A stretch of 22,740 nucleotides of DNA. It comes from Ginkgo biloba. Taxonomy: Eukaryota > Plantae > Ginkgophyta. Both the position numbers and the translations under genes were made by a program. Within the stretch, counting starts at the first letter, position 1. Every line of letters begins with the position of its first letter. This document shows positions 9,911 through 21,194 of the stretch, piece by piece. The notes beneath the pieces are model-generated. The model was not told the DNA's origin. It ran no database searches and saw nothing but the letters and a program-made list of their open reading frames with translations. Location: contig JANKJI020000004.1 in NCBI GenBank assembly GCA_024626585.2, forward strand, positions 140,007,597 through 140,030,336, written 5' to 3'.

Positions 9911-12900
9911 CATCTTTCAACTAACTTGTCAACAACAAGTTTGCAACTGGAGCATTACCCATTGAAACATCATTTTGGATTGGCAACCCATGAGTGTACA
10001 CTCTATAATGATTGTCGCTCTTGCCACCCTCTAAATGGTTATCACTTTCCACAACTCATCTTATGCCTTTTGTACCAAGGCCTCTACCATGTTTGGATTG
10101 TGAGTAATAAATATTTCCAGCTTTAATAGAGTTTCCAAGTGAAGGATTTGCTTGACCCAATCTATTGTGAAATTGNNNNNNNNNNNNNNNNNNNNNNNNN
10201 NNNNNNNNNNNNNNNNNNNNNNNNNNNNNNNNNNNNNNNNNNNNNNNNNNNNNNNNNNNNNNNNNNNNNNNNNNNTTTGCAGGTACGCTCATCCAACCGG
10301 TTCAATCCGATTCATTTCGGAGTTCATTGTTGTGACTCTCCCCAAGAGCTCACACCATGTAAAAGGCTAAGAAACAATAGGGTTAGCTCATTTTAGGCTT
10401 AAGCACCTTGAAATTCATGTGACCAGGGGCTAAAACATTAAAGGTCACTAAACCTTAGGAAAAAAAATAATATTTCAATTTTCGTTTAAATTTTATGGCC
10501 TGCAGGGCGAACAACAAGCGAATCAATTCGGCTCACTTCCCCCCCCACCCCAACATCACACATTTAAATAGCACTTATATTCAATAGAATCTATTTGCGA
10601 GTTCCACAACTGATGTAAAAATGTTGATGAAAGCTTTATATTATCCTCAAATGATGGAAAGACCAATAAAGGAGAAACAAAGAGACAATTTAGATGTCAT
10701 ACAGCCATTGACACACAACTAATTGGAACGGCTCTAACATCTCCCTACCTTAAAGTTCAATTTTAGGGTTGAAAAAAGGTCTTATATTCAGAGGCTAACT
10801 TTCTTGAATGCAACTCTCCTCTTCAACCCTGCATGATTCTCATTTTCCAACCCAATATTCATTAATTTGGAGTTTGTCTCCCGCAGCCATCTATGTGCTG
10901 CTCTGCTTTCGTTTGAAGACAGCAATGGTGGGTAATGATCTGAGTGGCCAGCAGATGTTAACTGGTGAATGTTCGATGGACACACAATAAGACATCTTGG
11001 CACAATGTTTGCAGCCAACTGTGTGGGAGAGATGGCATCCAGCAATTAATTCGATCGACAATCTCTTAAATCTTGCATCATTTTTCCCCAGATCATGGTG
11101 GCTCTCAAGGACGTTTTCCCACTATTCCACAATCTTGTACACCAGTGATCAGACTAAGGATGGGTCCTATCAAATTCTGTCCACAATCCTTTGAACAGAT
11201 CCATGAGTCGCCAATTCTGCTGGCTCCACACTCTCATGCTACTGACAATTGAACNNNNNNNNNNGATTTTGGTTTTCTGATTCTCCCACAACACAAAAAC
11301 TTCCACTTTAATACCAATGTTACATCCCTATGATTAATGAATTACACCCACAGTGAAACATACCCAGATTACGCAGCTGAATAATATAATAACATGAGAA
11401 GCAAGACAAATATATAATATTCAGCAGAATACTAATAACAAATAAGAGGGTGAATATAAAATCAAGTGAAAAGTGAAGTGCCCACAAGCATCTCCATGAA
11501 GAAGCCTAATGATCCCAATCGAAACCTCATTACAAATTAAAGTATTGGGAAGTATTGGCATAGCCAAGCACCCTTAAGAAGTGCATTATTGGACTTATTG
11601 TCGTAGCCCAACTCAACAACTCTTGGGGTCTCAACATAGATTACTAAACAATTCCTAGCTTCCACAACCAAAAAACTATGATTGCATAGTTACAAATTGT
11701 GAGCATGTGATACCTCATTACACATCTTGATAAAAACTTACTACAATACACCTTTTAGATGTTTCATATAAATGTGATCTGTGTTAATTTTAGAGGTTAT
11801 ANNNNNNNNNNNNNNNNNNNNNNNNNNNNNNNNNNNNNNNNNNNNNNNNNNNNNNNNNNNNNNNNNNNNNNNNNNNNNNNNNNNNNNNNNNNNNNNNNNN
11901 NTGGAATGAACGAATGGCTTCCTCCCTGCCATGTGTCAGAACAATAAGTAAAGTTGCTTTCAAAAGGATCTGTATGCGTCAGAACCATAATTAAGGTATG
12001 TATATGCTAACATTCTCTCTAACATAACATATGTTACGGCTCTGCTCAGACCCATAACATATCAACATGATATCAGATATGTTGTTTGTTGATCGTCGCT
12101 AAGCATTAGTCGGAGCACAGTTTGTTGATCGTGTCATCATGTTGTGTCAAAAGTTCACAGTNNNNNNNNNNNNNNNNNNNNNNNNNNNNNNNNNNNNNNN
12201 NNNNNNNNNNNNNNNNNNNNNNACAAATCTAAACTCGTGAGTATTTTTTTCATTTAATGCTCATAGCATATAATTCAAACAGAATCTTACATAAAATATT
12301 TGACAAAAATAACATAAGATAGGAACCCAGTTTATAGTGGATAGATCTTCATGCATGTTGAAATCATCTTCAATTGTATGCATCGTCATGAAAAGAGAGA
12401 ATCTATGAGCAGAAGAAAACCCTACACTATGCTAGTCAATAATAATGTTGTTTGACTAATGAAACACAAGCACTGATCTAACCTTCTTAAATGTTATAAC
12501 TTTGTTATGACTCAATTTTATCGATGTGTTTTGTTATTTCTTTTAGAGAAACAAAGTAGAGGTGAGGTAGTTACGAAATAATTCCAAAGCTTCTGCCTCT
12601 ATTAGGACTCACATGATAGGATTGTTGGCCATAAAGTTTAAACGGTTGTGATTTACAGCCCAAACTACTTCCTCAGTGCATGAATATGTTTACCTTTATG
12701 TCACCTCTAATCATTGAGAGAGTTTGATGGAAAATGATTAGAAGAAAAAGTTCACCAAAGAAAATGTTACATGTATTCCATACTCATATTGCATCCCTCC
12801 ATTTCATCATCTTTAAGTTGAATTTAAGTTATGATTATCTTTCACATGAATATCTGATGCTTTTCGTTGCTTTTGCAATATTGCTCTCTTCGAGAACATA

Positions 12901-13289
12901 AATGTCGGGGCTTTGGTATTATTCCATGGCTGCAACTTACTCCCACATGCATGTATAGATTTATAAGTGTTTAATAGAAAACTATTAATGTACAGAGTTG
13001 AATGAATTTACTTATATTGAAAATACATCTTATTTAACATATGCATATAAAGTTGTTATTTTAAGCACCCATTGTGGTGCCAATTGTTTGCAATGGGTTT
13101 GTACTAGTGTGTGTTTGTGCACACATACAACAATCTTTTCCACTGATAAACTAGTTAGATTGTGAAACTGTTTAGAAAATTGATTTANNNNNNNNNNNNN
13201 NNNNNNNNNNNNNNNNNNNNNNNNNNNNNNNNNNNNNNNNNNNNNNNNNNNNNNNNNNNNNNNNNNNNNNNNNNNNNNNNNNNNNNNCT

Positions 13290-13959
13290 GCATGAGGACA
13301 TCAAATCAATCCCCTAGGTAGTCTCAACATGGTTCACATATTGCCCTAAGGCAAGTCGCTAGGGTTTCAAGAAAATGGAAACAAGTACATATAAAATCTA
13401 TCATGTACTATCATGCAATTAAAACATGCATACATCATAAAGAAACCCTATGACCAAGGGTGCCTTGCCCTTAGGGTTCTATTCCAACCATTGGTCGGTG
13501 AAAACCCTTATTTATAGCCATGCAAAACAGAAAAAACAACTTTTTGCATAAATTAATATAAACAACAATTTTCTAGTAATTCCATAATAAATAAGCTTGT
13601 GCACATAATACATACATGTTGCTAAACTCACCTGGAGAAATGATACAACACTATTTCCAAAACTTGTAATGGCTATAAAATGTCCTTTCGGAGGTCTAAA
13701 AAATGCAACGACTTATTTTCTATGCAAAACTGGTCGTTCTTCAAGTGTAGGAACCAGTCGTCAGGCTTCTAGAAAGTTGCGACTTCCTTTAGAGAGGTCG
13801 TTGGGCCTCAAAATGCAGTAAAAACACCTTCAACTGAGTCGCCCTCCCTCTACAACCACTGTTGGATGATTTTCTCCAGCTAAAAGTTGTAGAAAAGTGT
13901 CAAAATACAAGTCGCTCTTCCTCCAACATGTAGAAAGTAGACAATGCCCTGTAGTAGTG
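13290..13959 (-). mobile_element. CACTA (En/Spm) DNA transposon terminus with subterminal repeats
   Basis: TGTAGTAGTG at 13950-13959 is the reverse complement of CACTACTACA; GTCG(C/T)/CGAC motifs in both orientations near 13354, 13707, 13732, 13756, 13779, 13796, 13837 and 13910. The other end is not seen (gap 13188-13287). Confidence 0.7.
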
Positions 13960-15755
13960 ACTTCCAATAGGTTCATAAATCAACCACCATTCAACAACAA
14001 GTGCATTAGAAATAGGTTGCCATCCTTACAATGCCAAGTTGATGATATAACATCTAAACATCCCCACTAACAGATTCAGACATTGCATATTTGTGTGCTC
14101 CGCTGAGATCAGTTGGGGATTGGTTCAACTAAGAGAATATGAAGTGAACTCAAACAAGATGATGAAGCAGGCTTGCTCTCATGTGCAATGAATCCAACAA
14201 ATCGGAGTTTTAAATGTTGGTCGCAGGTCGGATCTCCATGGCAACACAGCGCACAACTCAGCATAAGCCCCAATGTCACAGGTATAAGTGATGCAGAAAT
14301 GGAGACTTCAATATCTTGGGAAATGAATCTCATTGTGGTTTCCTTCTTTACTGTGACAGAGATGCAGGTTTCATACCCTCTACTATTGATCACATATGTG
14401 AGTTTGACCTGACATGCAACATGTTCTGAGGGTGCAAGGCTATTGCCCGCAACATTAAGAGGGGTCATTTTGCCTTTTAGTCATTATGCAACTCACAGTA
14501 ATTCATTAAGCAGCCTTCTATGTTCTTGTAGCAGGGCAAATGCTCCAAGGTCCTCAGTTAAGTCATAAATCTGATGTGCATATGGACACTGGAGGTTGCA
14601 TAAGAATTCTTGTAAATTCTCAAGCCAAATCTGACAGTAGGTGCTTTGACAATATTACGTAATTTAAAGGAAGAACGTGTGCTGAGAGTGTGAGCAAAGT
14701 CAAAGAAGGTAAAGTCATCATTCTCAGCTCAAATGTGATAATGACATACCTAAATCATACAAATGGAAACTATTATGAGGTGGTAACAATTTAAGGAAAA
14801 TTAATATNNNNNNNNNNNNNNNNNNNNNNNNNNNNNNNNNNNNNNNNNNNNNNNNNNNNNNNNNNNNNNNNNNNNNNNNNNNNNNGGATAAAATCATATC
14901 TAGACATCATGTGCATTTGCAAGCACAGAAGATAAACTGGCCTGGTCTGCCCAGATTACGGTCCAGGAGCCAAATATCTGGCCTACAGTGAGGCAGGTCC
15001 CACAGGCGACGAAACCGAAACACAGTGCACCTCGAGGTATGGAACTGTCAACATTTTTGGAGTCATAATTTTTTGAGGGTTGATTAATATTGAAAACACA
15101 AGTCAACATGTGNNNNNNNNNNNNNNNNNNNNNNNNNNNNNNNNNNNNNNNNNNNNNNNNNNTGGAATCAAAGCTTGGGATGTTGGAAATGTTATTTTGT
15201 TGCAATTCCATCAACAATCGGAAGCTTTTGTGTCGGGAAATGGTGGGCCCCAGCACACAATGATGACCCGCCTGCAGACCAGATAGTTTGCTCCCAGGCT
15301 CCAGGGTTTGCTAATCTTTATTTGCATTATCCTTCTCAACTAATATCATCATAGTTGCACTAGTTTTCTGTTTCCCACCAGCCGCATGCATATTTAAGCA
15401 CCTTCTAGCTCTCCAAAGAACCCACCAATCTGCGCCCCTAGGATGCACTCACACTAACGATGAATACAATTGCTCCCAACCAAATAACAGGGAAATCTAA
15501 ACCTCCGACCACGGATGGTTCATCCGGATTAGGCAGGATGGTAATTACTCCCAGTCAAACAAAAAGACAGCAAAGTGGCCGTCCCGTAAATTTTCTGAGG
15601 TTGGATTCCCACAAATAGTTTACTAAATAACTCCCCTAACCCTAAAAAATTAAACGAGGGGAAACCAGAATGAAACGACGACCAGTCGGATGCGACCACC
15701 ATAAAACAATTGAAGGAGAAAAAAGGAACAGCCAAAATGAATAAATAAAACGCAC

Positions 15756-16113
15756 CATTTTTTAAATTGCCTGAATAAAATCTTGTATTTCCTTTGGAGA
15801 CACTGTCAGGAACGCTGTTGGGTTCCACCAGACTTCCGTATTGATCTGTTCTCTGAGATCTACTGCTGGTTGGCATTTGAATATGGACTGCCATCACTGA
15901 TTTCCAGCTCCTGATCAAATTCCTCTTAGGGAGACTTTTCTTGAAATCAATTACTCCGAAGGATTGTATACAAAATCGTATATCTTGAATTTTGTTAATA
16001 CCCAATACTTCATTCGAACCACATAGATAGGCATGGCTGCAGACACCATACAACGAAGAAGAGTGACAGTGAGGACTGGAAGAACAGGGCATGTGAGAAG
16101 GCAAAAATGCCAT
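15756..16113 (-). CDS. Candidate first coding exon encoding a plastid-transit-peptide-like N-terminus
   Basis: MAFLPSHMPCSSSPHCHSSSLYG...KKSLPKRNLIRSWKSVMAVHIQMPTSS...GNLKN: MA start, Ser-rich, few acidic residues; open for 119 codons plus 1 nt, then donor G|GTGCGT at 15755 followed by T-rich intron-like sequence. Confidence 0.5.
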
Positions 16114-17385
16114 CAAGAAGCAAAAGATAGTCAAGACATACCACCGTTAGAATCTTAAATTGGAAAGTATACATGTAAAAAAATACACATCAGCTCTATC
16201 CGGTGTAGAGAAACGCAGGCCAGATATCTTCTCCATCCAATAACCAGTCAGCCTTTTGCAGGTACTTGGGTCAGTGGATCAGTAGTCATGGTTTTGCATT
16301 GAAAGCTTATTTGTCACCCTATGTTTTATGTTCACAAGTTCAAAGGCGGGAATGTTATTTATTGCCCATAACAGACGTGTACAGATAATAGAAATGCGCG
16401 TACTCTCCTAGGAGGAGTTGGAGTTGCATTGAAGTGTTTGTAAATTTTAATGTATTCAATTTAATTTTGTGCCTAGTGATGATTTATCCACCTCGATGGT
16501 CAAATACCATGATACCTTATGATATTATAACATTATTTAACCTTTAACCCTCTTCATATTCTTATCATTCTCCTTTACTAATGCAACATCCCTATTTTCT
16601 TACCACTATGTGCCATTATTAATCTTTGTGATTATATAGTACAATCTAACTTTATGATGTAGCCGCTTGGTGTTGGAGGTTTTATAGAGTTATATGCGAA
16701 AGCGTTTGATCAATTTTCAAGGGGGTAATCGTGTTTTTACTATTGCAATTAACTTATGCAGGAGGAATCTNNNNNNNNNNNNNNNNNNNNNNNNNNNNNN
16801 NNNNNNNNNNNNNNNNNNNNNNNNNNNNNNNNNNNNNNNNNNNNNNNNNNNNNNNNNNNNNNNNNNNNNNTAGTTTTTTACATGCTCTTAGGGCCACTTT
16901 GCACTCTTTGATAAATTAGATTAAAGTAAGTTTTTTAGAGTAAATTAAAGCAAAAGTTTCTTAAAGTAGGTCGATAGGTACTTTAATAGACCACAAAATA
17001 TAACTTAATTTTATTTGGATTTAGTTTTAATAGAATTTGTTTGCAAAATTATAAAATTTGAACCTCTAACTTAATATAACTTTACAACCAGTGGGAAGCG
17101 GCCCTTAGTTAAATTTATGTATTTGAAGAAGAACAACTATACATTTTGTAAAGTTATGGATATGACGTGCATTCTCTTCTTACAAACTTACTGTGTTTAT
17201 TTCTTGCTTATCTCTCTTTTTTCATAGTGAAGTTCAATGTGATGGTATAGGAGATACAATGACCTTGTCCTCTTCTTCTTTTTTTGTTGAAATGAGACTA
17301 TTATTTTATAGAAAGCAGAAATATAATTACATAGTTATTATGGAGGGTCTTCAAAATACAAAATTGACCCTTGGAAAAAACCATT

Positions 17386-17508
17386 AGTATAACAAAAGGT
17401 CCCATAAGTTATAACCTGGACATAAAACAAAAAAGTAGAAAAAATTGTTAATACAATAAAAGGTCTCACAAGTTAAAATTGGAACACTAAACATAAAAAG
17501 TACAAAAT
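17386..17508. repeat. Degenerate ~63-bp tandem duplication in the LINE-C 3' region
   Basis: tagtataacaaaaggtcccataagttataacctggacataaaacaaaaaagta versus taatacaataaaaggtctcacaagttaaaattggaacactaaacataaaaagta. Confidence 0.7.
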
Positions 17509-17879
17509 TATTGATTTAATTTATTCAAAAATATCAATGAAAGTTTTCAAAGCCATTAGTGGTTAATTAAGATTCAAGATCCAACAAAGAGTGAAAAGGT
17601 GCATTTGATTGCACATCTTCCATAATAGAGTGATGCATAGGAGGACCATCTGATTGATGCAAATCCTATCCATGTTATGTGGTAGATAACTAAAATTCAA
17701 CTACAAGTCCATCCTGTCTTTGTTGTTAGGTTATTGCCTAGCTCTTGAATCTTCGACGTTGATACTAAATAATTAGTCGAAAGTTCTATCACATAATCTC
17801 CCTCGCACCTCCTGAGTTCCTGAACTCATCAAGAATCTGGTTATGAAGTTGTATAAGATAAGTTGCTTCCAACACTTAT

Positions 17880-20130
17880 ATAAGTGGATAGGGAACAAGA
17901 GAACAATTAAAAGGTGCATAAGGTGATATCATTGAAAAATGCATCATTGAAAACATAGTCATTTCTAATCCTCCATATAAACCACAGGAACTCTGCATAA
18001 AATGCCAAGTATTAGTGAAACCAGTATTCAATGCATAAACATCACCTACAAGCACCATATTTCATTGAAGGGGTTGGAAGAAATGGAATGAATTGATTAA
18101 TTCGAGAGCTCTCCAAATTAGAACAATATGCTTACAGTTCTAAAATAGATGTAGAGGAGATTTGTACTCCCTATAGAAAGGGCAACATTGACTAATACCA
18201 AGTTTTTGTAACCAAACTCTAATAGAAAGATCGTTGTGAATCAACAACCATAACAAAACTTCATTTTTTTCTTCAATATTGAGATGCCATATTAAAGCTA
18301 ACCAAGTTTTCCAAACCAGATTTTCTCACATCTTTCTTTAATATCAACATATGGTAGTAACCAAGAAAATTCTTTGTTAACTGTGTAATGCATAAAAGGA
18401 GTGAAAGTCACCCACTTCCAATCCATCCACCACTATACATTACTTTGTAAATAAGCTTTAACATGTAGATCCAAGGGCATCACCCTAATCAACTTAGCAA
18501 ATAATGAATCATGAGCAATAAATAAAGTCCATCTTTCTCAGAATTTTATCCAAGAGTACAATTTACCCAGACATTTATCCCAAAGTTGACTAATGGACTT
18601 AATAGCTTTCTTGTACCCAAGTCTTGACTCAACCTAAAATAAAATAGCAAAAGGTTTATGCTCTCATAGAACTTGTCTTTCCCACCATAAGGATACTTCT
18701 AAGGATGACAACCCCTTTCTATAATCATGGCCCTTCTATCAAAGGAATCTTTGAACACATTCCCAAGCTCTATAGATAGCCTTAAAAACCAAAGAACGTA
18801 ATGATTTGATTCTTACCATCATTGTCAATAATTGTCCTTTAGAATGGTAATCCCGTGACTTTAAACCTAAGGGCAGAAGTTGAGAAAGCCTAAATTCAAG
18901 GAGGACCTACCAGGGAGATTCNNNNNNNNNNNNNNNNNNNNNNNNNNNNNNNNNNNNNNNNNNNNNNNNNNNNNNNNNNNNNNNNNNNNNNNNNNNNNNN
19001 NNNNNNNNNNNNNNNNNNNNNNNNNNNNNNNNNNNNNNNNNNNNNNNNNNNNNNNNNNNNNNNNNNNNNNNNNNNNNNNNNNNNNNNNNNNNNNNNNNNN
19101 NNNNNNNNNNNNNNNNNNNNNNNNNNNNNNNNNNNNNNNNNNNNNNNNNNNNNNNNNNNNNNNNNNNNNNNNNNNNNNNNNNNNNNNNNNNNNNNNNNNN
19201 NNNNNNNNNNNNNNNNNNNNNNNNNNNNNNNNNNNNNNNNNNNNNNNNNNNNNNNNNNNNNNNNNNNNNNNNNNNNNNNNNNNNNNNNNNNNNNNNNNNN
19301 NNNNNNNNNNNNNNNNNNNNNNNNNNNNNNNNNNNNNNNNNNNNNNNNNNNNNNNNNNNNNNNNNNNNNNNNNNNNNNNNNNNNNNNNNNNNNNNNNNNN
19401 NNNNNNNNNNNNNNNNNNNNNNNNNNNNNNNNNNNNNNNNNNNNNNNNNNNNNNNNNNNNNNNNNNNNNNNNNNNNNNNNNNNNNNNNNNNNNNNNNNNN
19501 NNNNNNNNNNNNNNNNNNNNNNNNNNNNNNNNNNNNNNNNNNNNNNNNNNNNNNNNNNNNNNNNNNNNNNNNNNNNNNNNNNNNNNNNNAGCCCATGGCA
19601 TTAACAACCAACATGTAAAGAAGAGGGCCTAGGGGGCATCCTTCTAGAATAAACCTTTCCAACAGGATTTTGTGAGGCAAAACTCCATTTATAACAACCT
19701 AAGATGAAGCATTAGAAAATAAGCATTTCACCATTTTATAGAAAGAAGTCCCAAAACTAAGCTTATGAAGCATGACTAAAATAAAATCCCATTAAATCTT
19801 ATCATAAGCCTTTCAAAATGCATCTTGATGAAAAGAACGGACTACAAATATTCTCTAGCATACTCCATGCCTTCACTTACAACCAAAATATTGTCGAGGA
19901 TGAATCTGCCTTTAATAAAATTGGATTGCTCCTCAAGATTCTTATTTTCTTCATAGAATCTCAGATCTTGAGTACCAAAACTTTAGATAAGATCTTATAA
20001 GAGATATTAAGTAAATTTGCAGGTCTTCACTCTCTAAGTAACTCTTTATCAGCACCTTATTTAACTTAATTATACTAGCATTAATCTTTTTCCCAAGAGA
20101 AACTCTATTAATTACTTCTTTACATATCAT
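17880..20130 (-). pseudogene. LINE-C ORF2 (RT and zf-RVT), degenerate, 668-N gap inside
   Basis: SLGKKINASIIKL; LLNISYKIL; FIKGRFILDNILVV-EGMEYAR; FEKAYDKI-like; GCPLGPLLY; after the gap SLVFKAIYRAWE, HNDLSIRVWLQKLGISQCCPFY...HLF*NC and LWFIWRIRNDYVF. Confidence 0.9.
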
Positions 20131-20334
20131 CAAAAGTAGTTTTGGGTGTGAAATGGATGTGAGGGAGATGTAATTACATGGAGTGGAACATCAATGGGTG
20201 ATGATGGTAAGGGGCTAATAGGTTGTGTATTAACAAAAGAATTATGAGACAAAGAGTTAGTCTAGCGAGTGGGTTAAGATTGCTCATTCTTATCTGTAAA
20301 TATTTTCTTAGATTTTGGCTCAAGCCCTAGGATA

Positions 20335-21000
20335 GGATAGTCTTTCACAAAATGTCCCATGTTGTGATAACAAAATATGCTAGGGGAAGATTTTTAGTAA
20401 GAAACATTTTACATTTGAACCTCCGTACCATCAAAAATATAAATTTCCTCCACTAATAACTTAGAAATATTAACCTCAATACAAACCCTAATGATATGCC
20501 TAGCACTAAGGTACCTATTAGTAGGATGATGGATGAACTTACTCATAGGAGCTATTATATTGTCAACAAAATCCTAAAGATAAAGAGGTAGACTAGGAAG
20601 CTCCACCCATGTAAGGCATTGGTTTTTATTAGCCAACAAGGGGTCAAACTGTACATCTTANNNNNNNNNNNNNNNNNNNNNNNNNNNNNNNNNNNNNNNN
20701 NNNNNNNNNNNNNNNNNNNNNNNNNNNNNNNNNNNNNNNNNNNNNNNNNNNNNNNNNNNNGGTCAAACTCTACATCTTATCTCTTAACTATCAAAATCGA
20801 ACCCATGTAGAATCATAGGCCCTCAATAAGTACCTAGTCCACAGTCTCCCTAGAAAAGAGGGAAAATGGCATCCACCCCTAACCTAAGAATCTAGTAAAC
20901 CTAATAGAATTTCCCTAATTTTGCACAAACCAACTTCTCAATTTAACCTCTAGAGGGATTCTCCGTAAAAAACAACAGATAATGGTAAAGGAAGCAATAA
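20335..21000 (-). pseudogene. LINE-C ORF1 (DUF4283 plus CCHC zinc knuckle), degenerate
   Basis: EGL*FYMGSILIVKR*DVEFDP; TWVELPSLPLYL*; IRVCIEVNISK; NLP-A-FCYHNMGHFVKDYP (CxxCxxxGHxxxxC decayed). Confidence 0.88.
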
Positions 21001-21194
21001 ATTTAGTAGAAAAAAATACTTTATCTTTGTCTAAAAACACATTAACCAACTTACCTGTTACAGGAGCGAGTCTAACTAATTTTACGAAGGTGGCTGATAC
21101 TGAGAATGGTGGTTGTGTATGTCACCCATCAACTACTTCTAAGTAAGTAGGTGGGGTACTCTTCACTGAGTGAGGTAGAGGCACTAAATTCTAC

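Larger units (their letters stand above)
7010..10555 (-). mobile_element. Ty3/Gypsy LTR retrotransposon relic B (protease, partial RNase H, integrase; RT missing)
   Basis: Domain order protease, RNase H, integrase on the minus strand (Gypsy order); possible LTR terminus TGTTGGGG starting at 10555 beyond the 10176-10275 gap. Outer boundaries are uncertain. Confidence 0.8.
11234..16113 (-). other. Putative multi-exon nuclear gene of unknown product; exon structure unresolved
   Basis: Non-TE sequence retaining CAG/CTG/CG; candidate minus-strand GT-AG exons at 16113-15756, 15429-15402, 14769-14750, 14681-14659, 14570-14497 and 11376-11364, with a terminal exon from 11241 (TGA at 11236-11234); 10560-11233 resembles a 3' UTR. 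Several gaps interrupt it. Confidence 0.4.
17279..21190 (-). mobile_element. Degenerate L1-type LINE (LINE-C): ORF1, internally deleted ORF2, 3' UTR and A tail
   Basis: ORF1 DUF4283 plus knuckle at ~21000-20335, RT at 20130-19590, C-terminal zf-RVT at ~18300-18120, tail catttcaacAAAAAAA ending at 17279 on the minus strand. Confidence 0.88.

Noticed and set aside
14109-14468. 119-aa minus-strand ORF as a standalone gene or next exon
   Set aside because: No recognisable motif; its acceptor at 14408 is open only in phase 0, while the preceding candidate exon ends in phase 2.
18867-19680. Three ~250-aa ORFs in the track
   Set aside because: Artefacts of reading through the 668-N gap; only the flanking GCPLGPLLY LINE motif is real.
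20642-20779. 19-bp direct repeat flanking a 100-N gap (possible TSD)
   Set aside because: ggtcaaact(g/c)tacatctta on both sides, with LINE ORF1 reading continuously when merged, indicates unmerged overlapping contig ends.
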